Source of the DNA: an uncultured Acetobacteraceae bacterium
GTDB taxonomy: Bacteria; Pseudomonadota; Alphaproteobacteria; Acetobacterales; Acetobacteraceae
DNA: 64,000 bases
NCBI GenBank assembly: GCA_964235615.1
Contig: CAXSEE010000001.1
Location: forward strand, 200-64,199
Direction of reading: 5' to 3'
Positions within the stretch are counted from its first letter, which is position 1, and every line of letters starts with the position of its first letter. The notes under the pieces were generated by a model. The model made no database searches and was not told the origin of the DNA. It worked only from the letters and a program-made list of their open reading frames with translations. A program made the translations under genes and the position numbers. Below are positions 57,463 through 64,000 of the stretch, one piece after another.

Positions 57463-58449
57463 TCACGCCGGCTTGCGGCGCGTGAGACGGCCGAGCAGCA
57501 GGGCGAACCCGGTGCCTCGGCCGGCAAGGGTATTCTTGATGGCGATCGCGGCGAGCAGGATGGCGCCCGTCAGCATCGTGGTCAGCATGTCGGAGAAGCC
57601 GGCGATCAGCATGCCCTGGCGCAGGAAGCCGAGCACCAGCACGGCGATCACGACGCCGAAGATGCTGCCCTCGCCGCCGAAGATGCTGACCCCGCCGAGC
57701 ACGACCATGGTGATCGTGCTGAGCAGCAGCACGTCGCCCATGTCGGCGCGCACGGCGCTGTAATAGGCGGCGAGCACGATGCCGGCGAGGGCGGCCATTG
57801 CCCCGCTGATGACGTAGGCGCCGACCAGGATGCGATCGACCCGCACGCCGGAGTAGCGCGCAGCGTCCGGGTTGTAGCCGACCATGACGATCTTGCGGCC
57901 GAACTTGCTGCGCGACATCACCAGGCTGAACAGGATGGCCAGCACGGCGAACAACAGGATCTGGTACGGCAGGATGTCGGCGATGGCGCCGGCGCCGAGC
58001 TGGTTGAAGCTGTCCGGAAAGCCCGAAGGAGGCGTGTCGCCGGCGAGTGCTGTGGCCAGGCTGCCGTAGATGAAGCTGGTCGCCAGGGTCGCGATCAGCG
58101 GCTCGATGCGCAGCCGGGTGATGATCAGGCCGTTGACCGCGCCGAGGACCGCGCCCGAGACGATGCCGATCAGCGCGGACAGCCAGATCGAGAGATGCAG
58201 GCCGCTCCACAACTCGGCCATGAAGATCGCCGACAGACCCGCGGTGGCGCCAACCGAGAGATCGATCCCGCCGGTCAGGATGACGGTGGACAGACCCAGC
58301 GCCACCAGTCCGAACGGCAGGAAATTCTCGGTCAGGGCCAGGAAGCTTCCGAACCCGGAGTAGAAGCCCGGCACTGCGGCGATCAGCACCGCCAGCAGCA
58401 ACACGAGGAGCGCGATCAGCGACCGTTCCCAGCCCTTGGAACCGCTCAT
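57463..58449 (-). CDS. Sugar ABC permease (LsrD/RhaQ-like)
   Basis: GGIDLSVG, ARYSG, VVLGGVSIFGG.G. Confidence 0.9.
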   Translation of the reverse strand: MSGSKGWERSLIALLVLLLAVLIAAVPGFYSGFGSFLALTENFLPFGLVALGLSTVILTGGIDLSVGATAGLSAIFMAELWSGLHLSIWLSALIGIVSGAVLGAVNGLIITRLRIEPLIATLATSFIYGSLATALAGDTPPSGFPDSFNQLGAGAIADILPYQILLFAVLAILFSLVMSRSKFGRKIVMVGYNPDAARYSGVRVDRILVGAYVISGAMAALAGIVLAAYYSAVRADMGDVLLLSTITMVVLGGVSIFGGEGSIFGVVIAVLVLGFLRQGMLIAGFSDMLTTMLTGAILLAAIAIKNTLAGRGTGFALLLGRLTRRKPA

Positions 58450-58450
58450 C

Positions 58451-59482
58451 TCAATGTGCCCCCGCGGCTTGCTGGCGACGGCCGGCAGCCACCGTGACGA
58501 GGATCATGAGCCCTTCGCCGGCCGAGTACCAGATCGGCGGCACATGCACGAACACCAATGCCGTCAGCACCACGCTGAGGAACATGCTGCCGAGCACGGT
58601 GCCGATCATCGAGGCACGGCCGCCGGCGATCGCGGTGCCGCCGATCAGCGCGACCGCGATCGACTGCAATTCCATATGGTCGCCGGTCCCGGTGGTGACG
58701 GTGGCCGAGCCGGTATAGCAGAGGAACATCAGGCCGGAGAGTGCGGCGAGCACGCCGGACAGGGCATAGACGCGCACCTGGGTCGAGGTCACCGAGATGC
58801 CGGCGTTGTAGGCGGCGGCCTGGTTGTTGCCGATCGCCAGCACGGCGCGTCCGAACCGGGTGTGGGACAGCATGAACCAGGTCAGCAGCAGCACCACGCC
58901 GAGCACCACCACCGGGATCGGGATCGGCAGGAAAGGGGCTATGACGCCATTGCCGAGCACGCCGTATGCGTGTGGCACGCTGTCGACCTGGGTGCCGTTC
59001 GAATAGATGAAGATCAGGCCGCTATAGAGGCTGTAGGTACCGAGCGTGGTGATGATCGGCGGGATCACCAGCTTTGCCACGAGAAAGCCGTTGATGGTGC
59101 CGAGCACGAGCCCGATCACGAGTGCCACGCCGAACGCGCCGATGAGCGGCAGGCCGCTGCCCTGCGCCAGCAATCCGGTGACTACGGCGGTCAGGCCCAG
59201 CACGGGGGCTACCGAAAGATCGATGCCGCGCGTGGCGATAACCAGAGTCTGGCCCAGCGCCAGCAGCGACAGCACCACCGAGTTGAGCAGCATGAAGTGC
59301 AGGTTCTGCACCGACATGAAGTTGTGCCGGAACAGGCTGATGATCAGGATGGTCGCCGCGGTCGCGATCAGCAGCGTGATCTCGCGACGCTCGCGACGAC
59401 GGCCGCGAACCGAAACCTTGGAAGCCGCCGGACGCGACGCTGCCTGCGACAGTGCCATGCCCTGCAAGGAGGCGGGCTTCAT
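58451..59482 (-). CDS. Sugar ABC permease (LsrC/RhaP-like)
   Basis: RGIDLSV, PPIITTLG, ELQSIAVALIGG. Confidence 0.9.
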   Translation of the reverse strand: MKPASLQGMALSQAASRPAASKVSVRGRRRERREITLLIATAATILIISLFRHNFMSVQNLHFMLLNSVVLSLLALGQTLVIATRGIDLSVAPVLGLTAVVTGLLAQGSGLPLIGAFGVALVIGLVLGTINGFLVAKLVIPPIITTLGTYSLYSGLIFIYSNGTQVDSVPHAYGVLGNGVIAPFLPIPIPVVVLGVVLLLTWFMLSHTRFGRAVLAIGNNQAAAYNAGISVTSTQVRVYALSGVLAALSGLMFLCYTGSATVTTGTGDHMELQSIAVALIGGTAIAGGRASMIGTVLGSMFLSVVLTALVFVHVPPIWYSAGEGLMILVTVAAGRRQQAAGAH

Positions 59483-61008
59483 GCCGCGATCCCGGCGTGG
59501 CTGAGATAGGAGTGTCCGACACGGTCCGGCGTGATCTGGTCGCCGCTGAGTTCGGCGACGATACGGCCCTCATATACCGACAGGATGCGGTCGCAGAGAC
59601 GGACCAGCTCCTCCATCTCCGACGAGATCACCAGGATCGCCATGCCCGCCTTCGCAAGTCCTTCGATCAGCTCGTAGATCTCGTCCTTGGCGCCGACATC
59701 GACGCCGCGTGTCGGCTCGTCGAGGATCGCGACCTTTGGCGACAGGCCCATCCATTTCCCGAACACGACCTTCTGCTGGTTGCCGCCGGAGAGCTGCCGC
59801 AGGGTCTGGTCGATGCCGGCGCAACGGACGCGATACTGCGCCACGGTCTCGGTGCCGATGCTGTTCTCGTGGTTCCGGTCGATCAGCCCGAAGCGCTGAC
59901 GGACCCGGTCGAGCAGGCCGGAAGTCAGGTTCTCGGTGATGGTCATCGGCAGCACGGCGCCATGACGCGCGCGGTCTTCCGGCGCATAGACCAGACCCTT
60001 GCGTATGATCGCGTTGGTGGACAGGCCGGAGATATCCTCCTCGCCCAGGGTGATGCGCCCCGCGTCGCGCGTGCGGATGCCGAAGATCGTCTCGGCGATT
60101 TCCGTGCGTCCGGCGCCGACCAGCCCGGCCAGGCCGAGGATCTCGCCCTTGTGCAGGGTGAAGCCGATGTCGCGGAAGCGTGGCTCGTGTTGCAGGCCTT
60201 CGACACGCAGGGCGGCCGTGCCGGTGGCCGAACTCCACGTGCGTCGGGGGATCACGCGCATCTCGCGCCCGACCATCTGCGACATCAACCGGACCCGGTC
60301 GAACTCCGGCCGCTCGACGCTGTCGACCAGCACGCCGTCGCGCAGGATGCTGATGTCGTCGCTGATGTCGAGCACCTCGTCCATGCGGTGGCTGATGAAG
60401 CCGAGCGTGCAGCCGTCGTCACGCAGACGGCGCATGATGCCGAACAGATGCTCGACCTCGTGCGTGGTCAGCGGCGAGGTCGGCTCGTCGAACAGGATCA
60501 CCCGGCAGCCGCGCAGCAGGGCCTTGGCGCATTCCACCTGCTGCTGCTGGGCGATCGACAGATGCCGGGCCTGCTGGTTCACGTCGATGTCGAGATTGAG
60601 CGAGGCCAGCGCGTCGGCCGCGCGCTTGCGGGCCTGCGCCCAGTCGATGCGCGGGAGCAGGCGGCCGGCGGTCGGCAACTGGCCGACGAACATCGTCTCG
60701 GCCACGCTGAGCTCCGGCATCAACGCCGGTTCCTGCGGCACCAGATAGATGCCGTGGGCATGGGCGACCTGCGGGCTGTCGAGCGAGAGCGGGGCGTCGC
60801 CGAGCAGAAGCTGGCCGGCGGTGGGACGCACCAGCCCTGACAGGATCTTGAACAAGGTGGATTTGCCGGCGCCGTTCTCGCCCATCATCGTGTGCACGCG
60901 GCCAGGACGTAGCGACAGGCTGACGCCGCGCAGCACCGCGACGCTGGCGTAGTTCTTGGTGATGCCGACTGCCTGATAAATGCCCTGTGTCGTCATGTCA
61001 TGCGGCAT
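59479..61008 (-). CDS. Sugar ABC ATPase (RbsA/LsrA-like, two domains)
   Basis: GENGAGKST, DEPT, LSGGNQQK, DEPTRGVDVGAK; ATG 61008 after GGAG. Confidence 0.92.
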   Translation of the reverse strand: MPHDMTTQGIYQAVGITKNYASVAVLRGVSLSLRPGRVHTMMGENGAGKSTLFKILSGLVRPTAGQLLLGDAPLSLDSPQVAHAHGIYLVPQEPALMPELSVAETMFVGQLPTAGRLLPRIDWAQARKRAADALASLNLDIDVNQQARHLSIAQQQQVECAKALLRGCRVILFDEPTSPLTTHEVEHLFGIMRRLRDDGCTLGFISHRMDEVLDISDDISILRDGVLVDSVERPEFDRVRLMSQMVGREMRVIPRRTWSSATGTAALRVEGLQHEPRFRDIGFTLHKGEILGLAGLVGAGRTEIAETIFGIRTRDAGRITLGEEDISGLSTNAIIRKGLVYAPEDRARHGAVLPMTITENLTSGLLDRVRQRFGLIDRNHENSIGTETVAQYRVRCAGIDQTLRQLSGGNQQKVVFGKWMGLSPKVAILDEPTRGVDVGAKDEIYELIEGLAKAGMAILVISSEMEELVRLCDRILSVYEGRIVAELSGDQITPDRVGHSYLSHAGIAA

Positions 61009-61087
61009 CGAGCCGTCTCCCGGATAGATCCCTGAGTGGTCTGCGCACCTCTTTATGAACGGGCGCGCTGTGCCACCGGTTGACCGG

Positions 61088-61101
61088 TGGTAGCGCAACC
61101 A
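61088..61101. promoter_or_regulatory. LacI-family operator 1, TGGTAGCGCAACCA
   Basis: Near-palindrome with central CG in the divergent promoter of the LacI gene. Confidence 0.75.
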
Positions 61102-61116
61102 TTATCGGCAAACCTT

Positions 61117-61130
61117 TGGTAGCGCAACCA
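61117..61130. promoter_or_regulatory. LacI-family operator 2, TGGTAGCGCAACCA
   Basis: Identical copy starting 29 bp after operator 1. Confidence 0.75.
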
Positions 61131-61156
61131 TGGATTTTCGGTTACGCTGCCCCAGG

Positions 61157-62194
61157 ATGATCACGAATCAAACAGCGAGCCGCCGGCGTACGCATGAAGG
61201 TGCCGTGACGCTCAAGCATGTTGCCGAGCGCGCAGGTGTCGCGCCGATCACGGTTTCACGCGCATTGAATGCGCCGCAGAGCGTTTCGGCGGCTTTGCGC
61301 ACGCAGATCGAGGTCGCGGTGGCCGATCTCGGCTACGTGCCGAACCGCTTTGCCGGCGCGCTGGCGTCCGCCGACAGCCGGATCATCCCGGTGATCGTGC
61401 CGTCGCTGTCGAACGCCGTGTTCATCGAGGTCATCCAGGGCATCCAGGAGGTGCTGGAGGCCGAGCAGTATCAACTGCTGCTGGGCAACACGCAGTATGA
61501 CCTGGCCCGAGAGGCGGAGCTGGTGTCGACCCTGCTGGGCTGGTCGCCGGCAGGGCTGATCCTGGCCGGGCTGCGTCATACCGAGCGCACCGGGCGCGTG
61601 CTGCGGAACTATGCCCGGCCGGTGGTCGAGATCATGGAGTATGGGCCGAGGCCGATCGACATGAATGTCGGGCTGTCGCATCTGCGGGCCGGGGAGACCA
61701 TGGGCGAGCATCTGATCGCGCGCGGCTATCGCCAGATCGGCTTCGTCGGCGGCCGGCTGGAAGCCGACTACCGCGCGGCGCAGCGCTTCAAGGGGCTCGA
61801 TCGCGCCATCACGCGCGCCGGGCTGCAGCGGCGTCCGCCCTATGGTCATGCGGAAAAATCGAGTGCCGGCCTGGGCGGAGACAAATTGCTGGAGGTCCTG
61901 GCGCAAACGCCGGAGCTCGATGCGCTGTTTTTCGCCAATGACGATCTTGCGGTGGGCGCATTGCTGCGCGCGCAACGCGAGGGCATCGACGTGCCGGGCC
62001 GCGTCGCCATCGCCGGGTTCAACGGCCTCGCGATCGGCGCGTTGACGACGCCCGCGCTCACCTCGATCGTCTCGCCGCGGCAGCAGATCGGCGAGACCGC
62101 CGCGCGCAAGCTGCTGGCGCGCATCCAGGGCAAACCCGCCGGACCGCTGCGCGTCGATGTCGGTTATCGCCTGGAAGTTCGTTCGAGCACCTAG
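61157..62194 (+). CDS. LacI-family regulator (GntR/IdnR-like subgroup)
   Basis: VTLKHVAERAGVAPITVSRALN, LGYVPN, FANDDLAVG, IAGFNG, LTSI; start uncertain (61130, 61157 or 61206). Confidence 0.9.
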   Translation: MITNQTASRRRTHEGAVTLKHVAERAGVAPITVSRALNAPQSVSAALRTQIEVAVADLGYVPNRFAGALASADSRIIPVIVPSLSNAVFIEVIQGIQEVLEAEQYQLLLGNTQYDLAREAELVSTLLGWSPAGLILAGLRHTERTGRVLRNYARPVVEIMEYGPRPIDMNVGLSHLRAGETMGEHLIARGYRQIGFVGGRLEADYRAAQRFKGLDRAITRAGLQRRPPYGHAEKSSAGLGGDKLLEVLAQTPELDALFFANDDLAVGALLRAQREGIDVPGRVAIAGFNGLAIGALTTPALTSIVSPRQQIGETAARKLLARIQGKPAGPLRVDVGYRLEVRSST

Positions 62195-62217
62195 CAACAT
62201 CGTTGGAGGACATACTC

Positions 62218-63111
62218 ATGGCAGAGAAGATCGGTTTCATCGGCCTCGGCTGGATGGGTCACGGCATGGCGAAGAACATCGTCGAGAAGGGGTTCCCGCT
62301 CACCGTGCTCGCGCACCGCAAGCGCGATGCGATCGAGGACCTCAAGCAGCGCGGCGCCAGCGAGGTCACGTCGGCCCGGGCGCTCGCGGAAGCCTGCGAC
62401 ATCGTCCTGCTTTGCGTGACCGGCAGCGTGCAGGTCGAGGCCCTTCTTACCGGACCGGAAGGGCTGGCCTCCGCGGGCAAGAAGCTGCTGGTGATCGACT
62501 GCTCGACCTCGGAGCCGGCGATCACGACGCGGCTCGCCGGCGCGCTGGCCGAGACGGGCATCACCCTGATCGACGCCCCGCTCAGCCGCACCCCGAAGGA
62601 AGCCTGGGCCGGCACGCTCGACGTGATGGTCGGCGGCGCGCCGGAGGATGTCGAGCGTGCCCGTCCGGTGCTGGAGACGTTCGCCGGGCGCATCGTCGAG
62701 ACCGGCGGCACCGGGACCGCGCACATGATGAAGCTGCTGAACAACTTCGTCTCGCTCGGCTACGCGGCGGTCTATGCCGAAGCCCTGATGATGGGGGCGA
62801 AGGCGGGCGTGTCCGAGCAGACCTTCCACGACGTGGTCCGCGGCGGGCGCATGGATTGCCCGTTCTTCCAGACCTTCTTCGAGTATGTGGTCGGCGGCAA
62901 CCGCGACGCGCACAAGTTCACGCTGAACAACGCGCTGAAGGACCTGACATACCTGTCGAACTTCGCCAATGCGAGTGCTGCGGCAAACCCGGTCGGTGCC
63001 GCGGTCCGCAACAGCTTTGCGCTGGCGATCGGCGCGGGTCGTGGCGAGGATTACGTGCCGATGCTGACGGATGTGGTGGCATCCGCGAACGGCGTGCCGC
63101 GGGGCAAGTAG
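62218..63111 (+). CDS. Beta-hydroxyacid (3-hydroxyisobutyrate-family) dehydrogenase
   Basis: GFIGLGWMG, DCSTSEP, DAPLSRTP, KLLNNF, KD; ATG 62218 after GGAGG. Confidence 0.88.
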   Translation: MAEKIGFIGLGWMGHGMAKNIVEKGFPLTVLAHRKRDAIEDLKQRGASEVTSARALAEACDIVLLCVTGSVQVEALLTGPEGLASAGKKLLVIDCSTSEPAITTRLAGALAETGITLIDAPLSRTPKEAWAGTLDVMVGGAPEDVERARPVLETFAGRIVETGGTGTAHMMKLLNNFVSLGYAAVYAEALMMGAKAGVSEQTFHDVVRGGRMDCPFFQTFFEYVVGGNRDAHKFTLNNALKDLTYLSNFANASAAANPVGAAVRNSFALAIGAGRGEDYVPMLTDVVASANGVPRGK

Positions 63112-63116
63112 CGGGC

Positions 63117-63620
63117 ATGACCGAACCCGAAAGCCTGCTGCTGAAGGCGAACGGCTGGACGGCGAACAATCCCATGCTGCCGGTGCTGATCTATCGGAGG
63201 GCGGTCGAAGCCGGAGACCCGCCGGCGTGCGAGGAGCGCCTCCGCCGCAATGGCTGGCGTCCGGACTGGCGCGACGGCGTGTACCCGTTCCACCATTATC
63301 ACTCGACCGCGCATGAAGCACTGGCCTGCACCGCCGGCGAGGCCACGTTGATGCTGGGCGGCGAGGATGGGCGCCAGGTCGGCATCGCGGCAGGCGATCT
63401 GCTCGTGCTGCCGGCGGGCACGGGACATTGCCGGATCGCGCTGAGCCCGGATTTCCTGCTGGTCGGCGCCTATCCGGACGGGCAGCATTGGGACATCTGC
63501 CGCACGGCTGCCGACGAGGAGACGCGCCGCCGGATCGCTCAGGTCCCGCTGCCCTCGGCTGATCCGGTCGATGGCAGGAACGGGGTGCTGTTGCAGCTCT
63601 GGCGGCACGGGAGCGCGTAG
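63117..63620 (+). CDS. Cupin-domain protein (YjlB-like)
   Basis: NNP.LPVLIYR, HHYHSTAHE, LPAGTGHCR, LVGAYP.G. Confidence 0.85.
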   Translation: MTEPESLLLKANGWTANNPMLPVLIYRRAVEAGDPPACEERLRRNGWRPDWRDGVYPFHHYHSTAHEALACTAGEATLMLGGEDGRQVGIAAGDLLVLPAGTGHCRIALSPDFLLVGAYPDGQHWDICRTAADEETRRRIAQVPLPSADPVDGRNGVLLQLWRHGSA

Positions 63621-63627
63621 AACCTCT

Positions 63628-64000
63628 CTATCCGCGACGGATGTTCGCGACCAGACGCTCCCAATTGCCGTGCGCGATGGCAGACTTGTCGGCATCGGTC
63701 AGGTCCGCATCCTGAAGGAAGCGGCGTGCCCCGCCGTTCGGGGTGAAGAGATAGGGATAATCGGTCGAGAACAGGATCCGCTCGGGGCCGAGCACTTCCA
63801 TCGCCCAGCGCAGGTAGCGCTGGCTCCACACGCCGCTCGGCGACACCGAGATGTGCTGGCGGAAGTATTCCGACACCGGCCGGGCGAGCTTGGCCGTCCC
63901 CGACAGGTTGTCGATCCGGTCGAGGTAGAACAGCACCATCTCGCCCCAGTGGCCGGTGATGAGCTGGAGGTCGGGGAAGCGGTCGAACACGCCGGCGAGC
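63628..64000 (-). CDS. Amidohydrolase-2 family (ACMSD/decarboxylase-like), 3' part only
   Basis: FDRFPDLQLITGHWGE, RILFSTDYPY, IAHGNWERL; runs off the window end. Confidence 0.8.
   Translation of the reverse strand, partial: LAGVFDRFPDLQLITGHWGEMVLFYLDRIDNLSGTAKLARPVSEYFRQHISVSPSGVWSQRYLRWAMEVLGPERILFSTDYPYLFTPNGGARRFLQDADLTDADKSAIAHGNWERLVANIRRG

Noticed and set aside
56432-61008. Calling the ABC system lsrACDB or rhaSTPQ
   Set aside because: No LsrK/LsrR/LsrF/LsrG or rhamnose catabolic genes nearby; substrate cannot be assigned.
1-64000. Many long alternative-frame and antisense ORFs in the track (for example 4022-6040, 8934-10979, 16936-18753, 46640-48526)
   Set aside because: Shadow ORFs of high-GC coding sequence; they overlap motif-supported genes and have no recognisable motifs.
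1-64000. CRISPR arrays, IS/transposases, integrases, tRNA and rRNA
   Set aside because: No repeat-spacer arrays, transposase motifs or structural RNA signatures were seen by eye; a formal scan was not run.

Overview
GC-rich window that reads like an alphaproteobacterial catabolic region, possibly Acetobacteraceae-like (inference from gene style). No rRNA, tRNA, CRISPR array or transposase was found. Left to right: an MFS transporter; a TonB-dependent receptor plus TPR-sulfotransferase pair; an uncharacterised catabolic unit (Rieske oxygenase, methionine gamma-lyase-like PLP enzyme, three flavin amine oxidases, LysR regulator, Dpp-type ABC importer); a 23.7-kb choline / choline-O-sulfate / glycine betaine supercluster (orphan binding protein, betC, GbdR-like AraC, betA, betB, ETF pair, dgcAB, gbcAB, soxBDAG, choXWV); a ferritin-like stress gene and two GNATs; a nickel-pincer cofactor operon larC-larE-larB with no larA, followed instead by a Tat-exported aldo-keto reductase and a NiCoT nickel permease; metY; a Gly/Tyr-rich lipoprotein; a tetronate pathway (otnK, otnI, ltnD, otnC) linked to an LsrB/RhaS-like ABC importer, an SDR and a LacI regulator with two identical operators; then a beta-hydroxyacid dehydrogenase, a cupin and a truncated amidohydrolase. 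The best leads are the larCEB-AKR-NiCoT operon, the Rieske/gamma-lyase unit, and a GbdR-like regulator with no canonical start codon. All calls rest on motifs and recalled family features; no database search was run.
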